The translations under genes were made by a program, and so were the position numbers. Below the pieces are notes generated by a model, which worked only from the letters and a program-made list of their open reading frames with translations, was not told the DNA's origin and searched no databases. A stretch of 64,000 bases of DNA from Nannocystales bacterium (lineage in GTDB: Bacteria; Myxococcota_A; Polyangia; Nannocystales; Nannocystaceae): assembly GCA_050633305.1 (NCBI GenBank), contig JBOEGF010000027.1, positions 178,956 to 242,955 on the forward strand, in the 5' to 3' direction. This document shows positions 33,841 through 44,493 of the stretch, piece by piece. Each line of letters begins with the position of its first letter. The stretch's first letter is position 1.

Positions 33841-35298
33841 ATGACCGCCCCGACGAACCACTTCGACGTCGTGATCATCGGTGCTGGCCTCGCCGGCTGC
33901 GCCACGGCCCGCGCACTGCGAGCCGCCGACCCCACCGGACGCCGCCGGATCGCACTGATCGACAAGTGCACTGACGTGCACCCTCAGTTTTCCGGCGAGT
34001 TCATTCATCCGCGGGGCGCGGAGATCCTCGACAGCCTCGGCTTCTACGAACCGCTGATCGAAGCCGGTGCCGTCGACGTCGACGGGTTTCTCGTCTTCGA
34101 GCACGCTGATGCTCAGCCGATCGAGCTCGAGTACAGCGACGTCCCCAACCGGCGGGACCGGGGTCTGTCGGTACACCACAAGACCCTCGTCCGGACGATT
34201 CGCGGCGAGTTGCGAGCCGCCGGCGGCATCGATATGCGCGAAGGCTGGTCGCTGATCGATCTCGTTCGGGACGATTCAGGCCGGACCACCGGCGTTGTCC
34301 TGCTCGATCCCGACAAGACCCGCCACACCTTGAACTGTGACCTCGTCGTTGCGGCTGACGGCAAGAACAGCTCGGTCCGCAAGCTCGCGGGCATCGGCGA
34401 TGGGGGACGCGAGACCATCGGCTTCACCGCAGGCGTGTCGGTCACCGACGCAACGCTGACACGAGACACGTACGCCCACGTCTTGCTCGGAGCATGGGGC
34501 CCGGTGCTCGCGTACCCGATTCAGAACGAGCAGGACGGGACCGTCACCACGCGGATCACCATCGACCTGCCCAAGGAGCTGCCCGCCAAGGGTGCGGCCC
34601 TCAAGGACCACCTCCTCGAGGCCTACATCCCTTTCCTGCCCGCACCCCTGTCGACCCAGGTCGCCGAGGCGATTCGCAAGCATCCGGGCAACCTCTACAT
34701 GGCGCCCACGGTGAACCTCCCCGCCCCCGCCGCCGCACAGCCCGGCATCGCGTTGGTCGGGGACGCAGGTGGCTGCTCGCATCCGATCACGGCGAGTGGA
34801 ATGACGATGGGCCTCCGGGACGCGGAGACCCTGGGCGAGGAGGCGAGTCGCCGCGCGAATACGCCGACCGACGAAGTCTGGTTCGACACCGCCGCGCTCC
34901 GTCGCTACCGCGCGCAGCACGACCGCTACGTCCCCACCCGTCAGGCCCTTGCCGATGCGATCTACGAGGCCTTTCGCGGCGAGCGGGAAGGATCCCGGGC
35001 GATCCGGCGGGCGCTCTTCGAATACTGGGGAAGTGGACGGTCGGCGCGGAGCCGGTCGATGTCCCTCCTCTCGTGCAGTGAGGGCCGTCCGTCGGTGTTC
35101 CTGAGCGAGTACTTCAAGACCGCTCGACATGCGCTCAGCTCGAGCCTGGTCCCGCAGCACGCCCGCAGATACCCGGTTGCGGACCGGGTCCGCCGTGCGC
35201 GCGGTGCCGCCTCCCTCGCCAAAGACAAACTGGGGCTTGTTGCCGCAGTCATGTGGGCCCAGGTCCGCCCCAGTTGGATGCCCCACACGGCCCGATGA
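33841..35298 (+). CDS. Squalene epoxidase/monooxygenase (SQLE/ERG1-like FAD enzyme)
   Basis: IIGAGLAG, GEFIHPRG, VAADGKNS, HVLLGAWGPVLAYPI, GDAGGCSHPITASGMT, ALADAIYEAF, IRRALFEYW parallel the squalene epoxidase motifs in order. Confidence 0.8.
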   Translation: MTAPTNHFDVVIIGAGLAGCATARALRAADPTGRRRIALIDKCTDVHPQFSGEFIHPRGAEILDSLGFYEPLIEAGAVDVDGFLVFEHADAQPIELEYSDVPNRRDRGLSVHHKTLVRTIRGELRAAGGIDMREGWSLIDLVRDDSGRTTGVVLLDPDKTRHTLNCDLVVAADGKNSSVRKLAGIGDGGRETIGFTAGVSVTDATLTRDTYAHVLLGAWGPVLAYPIQNEQDGTVTTRITIDLPKELPAKGAALKDHLLEAYIPFLPAPLSTQVAEAIRKHPGNLYMAPTVNLPAPAAAQPGIALVGDAGGCSHPITASGMTMGLRDAETLGEEASRRANTPTDEVWFDTAALRRYRAQHDRYVPTRQALADAIYEAFRGEREGSRAIRRALFEYWGSGRSARSRSMSLLSCSEGRPSVFLSEYFKTARHALSSSLVPQHARRYPVADRVRRARGAASLAKDKLGLVAAVMWAQVRPSWMPHTAR

Positions 35299-35318
35299 CG
35301 GCCGCGTAGCGTCTTGGA

Positions 35319-35348
35319 TTGACAAAGCTTTTCGCCGAGCCCTACGCT
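35319..35348 (+). promoter_or_regulatory. Sigma70 promoter TTGACA-N18-TACGCT, 7 nt before ATG (likely leaderless)
   Basis: TTGACA 35319-35324, TACGCT 35343-35348, ATG 35356. Confidence 0.75.
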
Positions 35349-35355
35349 GAAACCA

Positions 35356-36486
35356 ATGGGAGCGCGGGTTCTGGTCGTCGACGACGACCCTTGGATTCTC
35401 CGCATGGTCACCGCGACGCTGCAAAAGCGTGACTACGTGGTGGACACTGCGCGAGAAGGTCGACAAGCGCTTCAGCGCGCGAGTGCGAACCCGCCGGACG
35501 TGATCATCTCCGACGTGATGATGCCGGTCATGGACGGGTGGACCTTCGTCGAGCAACTCCGCCGCGACCCGAGGCTCTCGACCATCCCGGTCATCTTCCT
35601 CACCGCACTGGGCAAGGACGAGGCTCGCATCGCGGAGTTGGGCCTCAGCCCCGACGACTTTCTCGCGAAGCCGTTCCGGTTCGACGCGCTCGAGAAACGC
35701 GTCGCGGCTGCGCTCGCGAAGCCTGCGGCGGCACCGGTTCAGCCACATCCGCAAGCGGCGATGCCGGCCCACCCAAACGCCAACCCAAACGCCAACCCAC
35801 ACGCCAACCCAAACGCTAACGTCGATCCGTATGCGCCTCCCCCAGGCTCGACGCCTGTCCCAGGTACATACGGTGGCCAGCCCGCCCCTGCCGCGCGTCC
35901 GGCCTACACCTCCCCGGGTGCGTACGGAGCCGCCGCCGCTCCTGCGCCGAGTCCTGGGTACGCAGCACCGCAAGCACCAGTGGCACCGGCTGCGCCCGAA
36001 GAGCCTCCCGTCGGCGGGTTCGCTCCAGACTTCCCGGCCCGTCAGGTCGAGGCTGTACCCCCACACCAAGAGCCTCTGCGCGCGCCCCCAAAAACCGCCG
36101 AGGTCCGGGCCGCGGCCGCGGGGACCGAGCCGCGGCGCACACGGAGAACCACGGCCCTCAACGGTCGGCTCGAACAACTCCAGCTCTCGAGCCTGCTCGT
36201 GATGATGGAGATGGAACGCAAGGACGGTCTCCTGGCCCTCAAGGACAGTCGGACCGGTGTCGTCGGCCGCATCTTCCTCCGGCGAGGTCAGGTCATCTGC
36301 GCAAAGCTGGGTGACAACGACACGGGTAAAGAGTGTGTCTACGACATGCTCGGGTGGAAGGCTGGCACATTCAGCTTCAACGCGATGGAAGTCGAAATGG
36401 AGGACACCATCAACTCCTCCACGACGCATCTCCTGATGGAGGGTGCTCGGTTGATCGACGAAGCCAATCGCGAAGAAGGGTTCTGA
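35356..36486 (+). CDS. Response regulator with Pro-rich linker and DUF4388 domain
   Basis: VLVVDDD, SDVMMPVMDG, KPF; C-terminal LNGRLEQLQLSSLL.MMEMERKDG...W..GTFSF...LLMEGARLIDE. Confidence 0.88.
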   Translation: MGARVLVVDDDPWILRMVTATLQKRDYVVDTAREGRQALQRASANPPDVIISDVMMPVMDGWTFVEQLRRDPRLSTIPVIFLTALGKDEARIAELGLSPDDFLAKPFRFDALEKRVAAALAKPAAAPVQPHPQAAMPAHPNANPNANPHANPNANVDPYAPPPGSTPVPGTYGGQPAPAARPAYTSPGAYGAAAAPAPSPGYAAPQAPVAPAAPEEPPVGGFAPDFPARQVEAVPPHQEPLRAPPKTAEVRAAAAGTEPRRTRRTTALNGRLEQLQLSSLLVMMEMERKDGLLALKDSRTGVVGRIFLRRGQVICAKLGDNDTGKECVYDMLGWKAGTFSFNAMEVEMEDTINSSTTHLLMEGARLIDEANREEGF

Positions 36487-36492
36487 GATTCG

Positions 36493-37023
36493 GTGGCCAA
36501 CCCAAACGACGGCCACCCAGACGGCCAAACAGACAGCCAAGACGGGTGGAATGGGGAACCCGGCGAGGAACGGGCCGCCCCCACGATGGGTGGCGCAGAC
36601 GAGCTGCTGGATGTCTTGCCGGATAGAAGCCCCGCCGAGGGTGCATTCGCAGGCTATGCGGGCTCACAAAAGGTCCGCTGGTTCATCGGCTCCGCGATGG
36701 CACTGGGTGCTGTCGGAGCGATCTGGGGCGGGTTCTGGTACGCAGACTACGTTCGTCAGCAAGCGCGCCGCGGCATCAAGCCCGAGTACAGCACCCCACG
36801 CACCGACATCTCCACGGAGGACCGGACCATGCACTGGGACAGCGGCTCCGCACGGCTGGGCCTCGCGAGCGACGGGGTGAACCTCATCGTGTTGCCCGAC
36901 CGAGAGCTCAGGCTCGCCGAGGGTTACGACAGCGCGCAGGTCAGCGTACGCGTGGAAGACGGACGCACCGTGAAGCTTCGGATCCTGACCGGGCGCATTG
37001 ACGTCACCCGCACGGACAAGTGA
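36493..37023 (+). CDS. Hypothetical single-TM protein
   Basis: WFIGSAMALGAVGAIWGGFW TM; 6 bp after upstream gene. Confidence 0.6.
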   Translation: MANPNDGHPDGQTDSQDGWNGEPGEERAAPTMGGADELLDVLPDRSPAEGAFAGYAGSQKVRWFIGSAMALGAVGAIWGGFWYADYVRQQARRGIKPEYSTPRTDISTEDRTMHWDSGSARLGLASDGVNLIVLPDRELRLAEGYDSAQVSVRVEDGRTVKLRILTGRIDVTRTDK

Positions 37024-37025
37024 CC

Positions 37026-38075
37026 TCAGAGCCCGTCGTCGTCGGGCAGTTGCACGATGTCGGCGAGCATCTTTGGCCAGGGCGCAGAGAACCGCATTCG
37101 CTCGCCAGACTCGGGGTGTGGAACCTCGAGCACGTGGGCGTGCAACGCCTGACGGGGCAACCCCACCGTCTCGGAGACCTCCTCCATGCTCAGCAGACCA
37201 TCGGCCATCTCCCGAAAGAGTCGCTCGTCGACCCCATAGAGTTTGTCCCCCAGCAGCGGAGCGCCATGCAGTGCGAGGTGAACCCGAATCTGATGCTGGC
37301 GCCCGGTCAGCGGGACGCAACGAACCAGCGTGACCGGGTCACCGCGAAACGTTGCGTGCACCATGGGGACGACGTCGGTCTGTGCGTGGGCACCCCCGTC
37401 TTCGATCGACACCGCGCCCATCTTGATGTTGATGCTCGAGTGGGGATCGAACGCCAGCGGAATATCGATCCGCACCGCCTCGTCGACGGTCCCCCGGGCG
37501 ATCGCGAGGTACTCCTTGTGAACCTCCCGCCGTGCGAACGACCGCTTGAGGACACCGGCCGGAGACGGCGGGTCCCGGCGCGAACGCACCGCCGTGCCCC
37601 GGGCGAGCGCCAGCACGCCGGAGGTTTCTCGGTCGATGCGATGCGCCATCTGCCAGGGGTGGTCCACCCCGAGCCGCGTCCGCATGACCGCGGTGAGGGT
37701 GTGACGGTGGTATCGAGCCGTGGGGTGGACCGGCAAACCCGAGGGCTTGTCGATGACCATCAAGGACGCATCGCGGTAGAGTTCCTCGTAGTGCAGCGGA
37801 ACATCGGGTTCCTCGGGAGCCGGCCGACGCAGAATGAGCGTGTCTGCGGTGCGCACCCTATGCGAGGGCCGCGTGATGACCGCACCTCCCTCGACCCGAA
37901 GTTGTCCCAGCCCGATGATCGACTGAATCCGCGTGCGTGAGAGTCGGCGGATTCGGACCTGAAGGAACCGATCGACGCGATATCCGTTCAACCCCTCCTC
38001 GACCACGAACCGAATCTCGATCCAATCGGGGTCAGCAGCCTCCCTGGGCGGTTTGGGGTATAGTGTAGGCGTCAT
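37026..38075 (-). CDS. RluA/RluD-family pseudouridine synthase
   Basis: S4 domain RVDRFL, IDKPSGLPVHP, HRIDRETSG, TGRQHQIRVH, LLGDKLYG, RQALHA; start uncertain. Confidence 0.93.
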   Translation of the reverse strand: MTPTLYPKPPREAADPDWIEIRFVVEEGLNGYRVDRFLQVRIRRLSRTRIQSIIGLGQLRVEGGAVITRPSHRVRTADTLILRRPAPEEPDVPLHYEELYRDASLMVIDKPSGLPVHPTARYHRHTLTAVMRTRLGVDHPWQMAHRIDRETSGVLALARGTAVRSRRDPPSPAGVLKRSFARREVHKEYLAIARGTVDEAVRIDIPLAFDPHSSINIKMGAVSIEDGGAHAQTDVVPMVHATFRGDPVTLVRCVPLTGRQHQIRVHLALHGAPLLGDKLYGVDERLFREMADGLLSMEEVSETVGLPRQALHAHVLEVPHPESGERMRFSAPWPKMLADIVQLPDDDGL

Positions 38076-38712
38076 GAGCACCAAAGCCGGCAAAGACAAC
38101 AATCCCAACGCTTCCGGCCCCGGGGATGAAAGCAGCGAGGGAGGACTCGTTCCGGCGATTCTAGCCGGTGCTGGCATCCTCGCGTTGGTCGGTTTGCTTG
38201 TGTTCTGGCCCTCGGGTGACGACGACGCCCAGGGCTCGAAGAAGAAGGATGGGGCGGTCGCCGATGGACGCGGCAAGGGGTCCCGGACCAACGGCGGGAA
38301 GAACAAACCCGATGCACGCGGCGCTGGCGGCGTGGCGGCACGCAGCGTCGACGACGCGACCCCGGGTGGATCTGCCGCGGTCGGGAAGGTGAACCCTCGC
38401 ATGCTGCCCAAAACGGTCGGTATGGCACCGGGCCTACCCGCCGAAGAGCCCCCGCCAAAGTTCAAGAACGTCGAGGACGAGATCGCCTGGTACGAGACCA
38501 AGCTCGATGCGGCGAACACCCAGGTTGAAGCGCGGCAGAAGAACGTCGCACGTCTCGCCAAGGTGAAGCAAAACGCCGAGGACAGCCCCGACACCGCGAC
38601 TGCCCTGGCTCGCTACGAGAAGAGCAAGAAGATCGTCGAGGACAACCTCGCAAAAGCCGAAGCCAAGGTGACGACGATCGAGAAAAAGCTCGCGGACCTC
38701 CGCGGCGAGTAA
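38074..38712 (+). CDS. Hypothetical membrane-anchored coiled-coil protein
   Basis: TM LVPAILAGAGILALVGLLVFWP, helical K/E-rich C-terminus. Confidence 0.65.
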   Translation: MSTKAGKDNNPNASGPGDESSEGGLVPAILAGAGILALVGLLVFWPSGDDDAQGSKKKDGAVADGRGKGSRTNGGKNKPDARGAGGVAARSVDDATPGGSAAVGKVNPRMLPKTVGMAPGLPAEEPPPKFKNVEDEIAWYETKLDAANTQVEARQKNVARLAKVKQNAEDSPDTATALARYEKSKKIVEDNLAKAEAKVTTIEKKLADLRGE

Positions 38713-38776
38713 CCGCCGCACCTCCCGATCGCTCGGCGGCTTGTTCCCCTGCTTGTTCACAGGCAGGGTGCGAAGG

Positions 38777-40735
38777 ATGAAGCGAGCCAGGTTTCAATCG
38801 ATCGGCTGCAGCGTCGGGTTGCTCGCACTGTCGATGCTGGGCTGCCGGCCGCAGACGGAGCCCGCGCCCCCCGTCGCCACCCCCCCGCTCGCCGAAGCGT
38901 CAGCCGAGTCGATCGCCGCCGCCGAGCCCGACGGCAAAGCAGCACTCGCCGAGTACATCGCAGCGAACTACGACAAACGCGAGTCGCAGGTCGCGATGCG
39001 CGACGGCGTGAAGCTCTTCACCACCGTCTACACCCCGAAGAGTCCATCCGGGCCCGTCCCGGTCATGCTCAAGCGGACCCCCTATTCGGTCTCCCCGTAT
39101 GGCGAGGGACAGATGCCGACCAGCATGGGTCCCAGCGAGGCAATCGCGCGCAAGGGCTGGATCTTCGTCTACCAGGACGTACGAGGACGGTTCATGTCCG
39201 AGGGACGGTTCCTCAACATGACGCCCCATGTCTCCGACGCCGATCCGAAGGCCGTCGACGAGAGCACGGATACCTACGACACCATCGCGTGGGTGCTCGA
39301 CAACGTGCAGGGACACAATGGACGAGTGGGCCAGTGGGGCATCTCGTACCCCGGATTCTACGCGGCGGCCGGCATGATCAATGCCCACCCTGCCCTGCGG
39401 GCCGTCTCTCCGCAGGCTCCGATCGCCGACTGGTTCTTCGACGACTTCCACCACCACGGCGCCTTCTTCCTTCCGCACGCGTTCAACTTCCTGGCCGTGT
39501 TCGGACAGAAACGACGCGGTGTGACCACGCAGTGGCCCCCGCGATTTCAGCACGGGACGACCGACGGCTATGCCTTCTTCGACGCCCTCGGACCCCTCAA
39601 GAACGCGAACGCTCGCTACCTGCACGGTGAGATCGCGTTCTGGAACGCAATCACGGAGCACCCGAACTACGACGAGTTTTGGAAGTCCCGCAACTTGCTC
39701 CCTCACCTGCACGACGTCGCACCCGCGGTGATGACCGTCGGGGGGTGGTTTGATGCGGAAGACCTCTACGGCCCACTCCACATCTACGAAGCGATCGAAG
39801 CGAAGAACTCAGACGCCGACAACATGCTCGTGATGGGACCCTGGCCCCATGGAGGCTGGGCCCGAACCTCGGGGCGACGCCTGGGCAACATCGATTTTGG
39901 CGCGGATACGTCGGTCTTCTACCAAGCCGAGATCGAGGCTCGATTCTTCGAGCATCATCTCGCTGACGGGCCGGATCCACAGTTGCCCGAAGCCTACGTT
40001 TTCGAGACCGGGCGCAATCGCTGGCGGCAGTTCGAGGCGTGGCCTCCCCGCACTGATGACCGCACGCTGTACTTCGCAGACGGCGTGCTCACGAGTGCCA
40101 AGCCGACCGCGAAGTCGGCGTCGGACGCCTACGTCAGCGACCCCGAGCATCCCGTCCCCTTCACCGAAGAGATCGCGGACCGGATGACCCGGGAGTACAT
40201 GACGGACGACCAGCGCTTCGCCGCCCGACGCCCGGACGTGCTGACCTACCGCAGCGAAGCTCTCACGGAGTCCGTCACGATCGCGGGACCGCTGTCTGCG
40301 ACCCTTCACGTCTCCACAACGGGCCGCGACGCCGACTTCATCGTGAAGCTCATCGATGTCTTCCCCGACGACGCGACCATGCCCGACGCTGAAGGCACGC
40401 TCAAAGCGATTTCCGGCTACCAGATGATGGTGCGCTCCGAGGTCTTCCGCGCCCGGTTCCGCGACGACTATGCCGTGCCCAAGCCGATGAAACCCGGGCG
40501 TGTCGAGACCGTCGAGGTGCCCCTGCAGGATGTCCTGCACACCTTCGAACCCGGGCACCGCATCATGATCCAGGTCCAGAGCACCTGGTTCCCGCTGGTC
40601 GATCGCAACCCGCAGTCGTGGGTCGAGAACATCTTCGACGCCGACGAAGCGGACTTCATCCCCGCCACGCACACGCTGTGGCGGGATGCCGCGCACGCCT
40701 CGCACATCTCGTTCGGCGAGCTGCCTGCGGGCTGA
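38777..40735 (+). CDS. CocE/NonD family hydrolase (lipoprotein)
   Basis: MRDGVKLFT, RTPY, QDVRGRFMSEG, WGISYPG (catalytic Ser), GGWFDAED, GPWPHG, QSTWFPLVDRNPQ. Confidence 0.92.
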   Translation: MKRARFQSIGCSVGLLALSMLGCRPQTEPAPPVATPPLAEASAESIAAAEPDGKAALAEYIAANYDKRESQVAMRDGVKLFTTVYTPKSPSGPVPVMLKRTPYSVSPYGEGQMPTSMGPSEAIARKGWIFVYQDVRGRFMSEGRFLNMTPHVSDADPKAVDESTDTYDTIAWVLDNVQGHNGRVGQWGISYPGFYAAAGMINAHPALRAVSPQAPIADWFFDDFHHHGAFFLPHAFNFLAVFGQKRRGVTTQWPPRFQHGTTDGYAFFDALGPLKNANARYLHGEIAFWNAITEHPNYDEFWKSRNLLPHLHDVAPAVMTVGGWFDAEDLYGPLHIYEAIEAKNSDADNMLVMGPWPHGGWARTSGRRLGNIDFGADTSVFYQAEIEARFFEHHLADGPDPQLPEAYVFETGRNRWRQFEAWPPRTDDRTLYFADGVLTSAKPTAKSASDAYVSDPEHPVPFTEEIADRMTREYMTDDQRFAARRPDVLTYRSEALTESVTIAGPLSATLHVSTTGRDADFIVKLIDVFPDDATMPDAEGTLKAISGYQMMVRSEVFRARFRDDYAVPKPMKPGRVETVEVPLQDVLHTFEPGHRIMIQVQSTWFPLVDRNPQSWVENIFDADEADFIPATHTLWRDAAHASHISFGELPAG

Positions 40736-40758
40736 GCCGATATCCGGGCGAGCTCGAG

Positions 40759-41670
40759 TTAGACCCCGGGGAGCGCGGTCTGCATCAGCGCGTCGTAGAC
40801 CTGCGCGCGCGGCGTTCCCCCATCCACCATCGCGCGAGCATGGGCGAGCTCTTCGTCGATCAGCTCCGCAAAGCTGTCGAAGGGTCGCGCGCCAGAGAGG
40901 AAACGGCCGTTGACGAAGAACGCAGGAGTTCCCCGGGCCCCCAACTTCTGCGACTGCGCCTGCTGGTCCTTGATCTTCTGCTTCAGCCCCTGGTCTCGAA
41001 GGTCCCGCTTGAACTGCTTGCGGTTGAGCCGCAGCTTCTTGGCGTACCGAAGCAGGTCCTTCTCTTCGAGCTGCTTCTGATTGTCGAACAGCAGGTCGTG
41101 CATCTTCCAGAACTTCCCCTGTCGCCCCGCGGCCTCGCTCGCCATCGCTGCGGGCATCGCCGCCTGGTGGAACGCAAGTGGGTTGTGCTTGAAGACCAGC
41201 CGGACGTCCTGGCCGTATTCCTTGACGACCTTGTCCATCGTATCTGCCGCACGGGAGCAGTACGGACACTGGAAGTCCTCGAACATGACAATGGTGACCA
41301 ACGCGTCGGAGGGCCCCTTGGTTTGGGCGTCGCCAACCGTCGCTGCGTAGCGAGCCGCGGGATCGGGACGTCCTTGCTGTGCCTTCTTGGAGGGCGCAGG
41401 CCTCTTGTCCACCTCGAGGTCGGTGACACGCGTCGAGAGGTCGTCGGTGACCCCGCGTGCTCGTCGTCGCTCGATGGCCGCAGTGTCGGCATCGGCCTGC
41501 ATCGCGCGCTGCTCCGCTTCGACCAACTCGAGTTGAGCCACGAGCGCCTGGTGTTCCTGCTCCATCGCCGTCAGCCGAGACTCGAGGCTGTTCGCGTCAG
41601 ACTTCGCGGGGCGACACGCTGCGAGCAGAACCAGCGAGAGACCGAACGAAACGTAGGCGCCACGTACCAT
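40759..41670 (-). CDS. DsbA-family thioredoxin-fold lipoprotein
   Basis: LAAC lipobox, coiled coil, FEDFQCPYC, FKHNPL.FH, GTPAFFVNG. Confidence 0.9.
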   Translation of the reverse strand: MVRGAYVSFGLSLVLLAACRPAKSDANSLESRLTAMEQEHQALVAQLELVEAEQRAMQADADTAAIERRRARGVTDDLSTRVTDLEVDKRPAPSKKAQQGRPDPAARYAATVGDAQTKGPSDALVTIVMFEDFQCPYCSRAADTMDKVVKEYGQDVRLVFKHNPLAFHQAAMPAAMASEAAGRQGKFWKMHDLLFDNQKQLEEKDLLRYAKKLRLNRKQFKRDLRDQGLKQKIKDQQAQSQKLGARGTPAFFVNGRFLSGARPFDSFAELIDEELAHARAMVDGGTPRAQVYDALMQTALPGV

Positions 41671-41730
41671 GGCCCGGAGTCTACCCCCTGAGACGCCTTC
41701 GCTCCTCGCCGCACATGGGGCCAAACCAAT

Positions 41731-41768
41731 GACAACGCCACCTCCGGAAGGACCGGGGTGGCGTTGTC
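41731..41768 (-). terminator. Hairpin downstream of ahcY (likely intrinsic terminator)
   Basis: gacaacgccacc(41731-42)/ggtggcgttgtc(41757-68) perfect 12-bp stem; weak U-tract. Confidence 0.6.
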
Positions 41769-41785
41769 GACACAGCGGTGCTCGC

Positions 41786-43108
<1,323 letters not shown>

Positions 43109-43137
43109 TGTCTTGTTCCTCGGCCCGCGTGGGGGCC

Positions 43138-43605
43138 CTAGCCGTTGGCGTCGGAGGCGTGCCGATAGTGCGGCACCCACCCCGAGCTGTCCTTGAACAA
43201 CCTCACGCAGCGGATGTGCTTGCGAGAGGTCAGAAGAAAGCGATGGTGAAGGTTGGCGGGGACCACGAGCAGGTCCCCGGGTTCGACGGTGACGCGCATC
43301 CAGCGATCGTCCTGGGAACGCAGATCGAAGATGCCCTCCCCCTCGAGAACACAGCGCACCTCGTCGTCGGTGTGCAGGTGCTCGTCGACGAACTTGGCGC
43401 AGACCGCGTCGAGGTTCGGTGTCTCGGGGTTGAGCTCGATGATGTCCTGCTCGACGTACCCACGCTGAGCCTTGAGTTCATCGAGTGCGGGCTGGAACGC
43501 GTCCGAGTCCAACTCGAGCTGCTCGGCGAGAACGCCCACGGCCTCGAGGTCGGCGGAGGAGATCGGCTCCTGGGTATCGTTGGGCTCCAGCCACTGCAGT
43601 TTCAT
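43138..43605 (-). CDS. mtnD: Acireductone dioxygenase
   Basis: [10 protein letters not shown]...GEGIFD...[15 protein letters not shown] cupin; ATG overlaps mtnB stop. Confidence 0.92.
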   Translation of the reverse strand: MKLQWLEPNDTQEPISSADLEAVGVLAEQLELDSDAFQPALDELKAQRGYVEQDIIELNPETPNLDAVCAKFVDEHLHTDDEVRCVLEGEGIFDLRSQDDRWMRVTVEPGDLLVVPANLHHRFLLTSRKHIRCVRLFKDSSGWVPHYRHASDANG

Positions 43606-44255
43606 GATGGGTCTCCAGCCAACCCGAGCCGATGCAGCTCGACGGTGGCGCGGAAAAGATAGTCCAAGCACTCGGCCTGCGTCTTCGCTTTCACCCACGT
43701 GTCTCCCCACACATAGACGCCGTGGCCCGCGACGATCACGGCGTCGACGTCTCGGTGGGCTTCCATCGCTTCTGCCATCGACTCGGTGAGCTGCGCCTCG
43801 CGGGCTGTGTTCGCGATGATCGGGATACGTACCGTGTCAAAGCAGCCCTTTCCGCGCAGCCCTTTTTGCATCTCCAGGCCTGAAGTCACGAACTCGGAGG
43901 GCTCTCCCTGAGGTGAAAACAGCCTGGCGGCCAGTACGGCCCAGACCGAGTGACTGTGCAAGACGGCCCCCGCGCCTCGGGTCCGGAACGCGTTGAAGAA
44001 CAGCGGCTGGCACTCGGAGACGCGCAGCTGCTCGTTCGCCGGCGCCTTCACCACCGAGCAACCGGACAGGTCGTGGCCGAGCACGAACACATCGGCCGGC
44101 GCGATGCGTTCTTTTTGGACGCCCGAGGGCGCCATGAAGATGCCGGCGTCCCCCTTGATCGAAATCCCGCCACCCGTTCCGGAGACCCAACCCAGGTCGT
44201 AGAACTGACGGCAGAGCTCGCAGATCAAGCTCGGGATGTCGGCGTCGGGCGTCAC
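43602..44255 (-). CDS. mtnB: Methylthioribulose-1-phosphate dehydratase
   Basis: GWVSGTGGGISIK, APSGVQKERI, GAGAVLHSHS, HGVYVWG, ECLDYLF. Confidence 0.93.
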   Translation of the reverse strand: MTPDADIPSLICELCRQFYDLGWVSGTGGGISIKGDAGIFMAPSGVQKERIAPADVFVLGHDLSGCSVVKAPANEQLRVSECQPLFFNAFRTRGAGAVLHSHSVWAVLAARLFSPQGEPSEFVTSGLEMQKGLRGKGCFDTVRIPIIANTAREAQLTESMAEAMEAHRDVDAVIVAGHGVYVWGDTWVKAKTQAECLDYLFRATVELHRLGLAGDPS

Positions 44256-44325
44256 AGCGGCCGGACCCTAACGCGCAAACGCGGGCTTGTCTCGCGCCGC
44301 GTGGGTCCGGGTTCGGGACAGGAGG

Positions 44326-44493
44326 TCAGCTGGGCTGGCCCGGCCGATGGTGCGGGCACTGGCGTACGGGGAGCGGGGGATACTTCGGCCAGCCCGAAGC
44401 CTGGTCGCTCATCCCGCAGCGCCAAAACGTGGACCCCTTCGCGCTGGTGATCTTGCGAGCGTGTTCGCACCGCTCGCACAAGCCGGGGCTCAC
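44326..44493 (-). CDS. Small Cys-rich protein (55 aa)
   Basis: VSPGLCERCEHARKITSAKGSTFWRC...WPKYPPLPVRQC; GTG overlaps upstream TGA. Confidence 0.62.
   Translation of the reverse strand: MSPGLCERCEHARKITSAKGSTFWRCGMSDQASGWPKYPPLPVRQCPHHRPGQPS

Noticed and set aside
35770..35829. Horizontal transfer from Plasmodium
   Set aside because: Very short low-complexity match with host-like codons inside a bacterial gene.
43109..43137. SAH/SAM riboswitch before ahcY
   Set aside because: Only 29 bp separate mtnD and ahcY, and no motif is recognisable.
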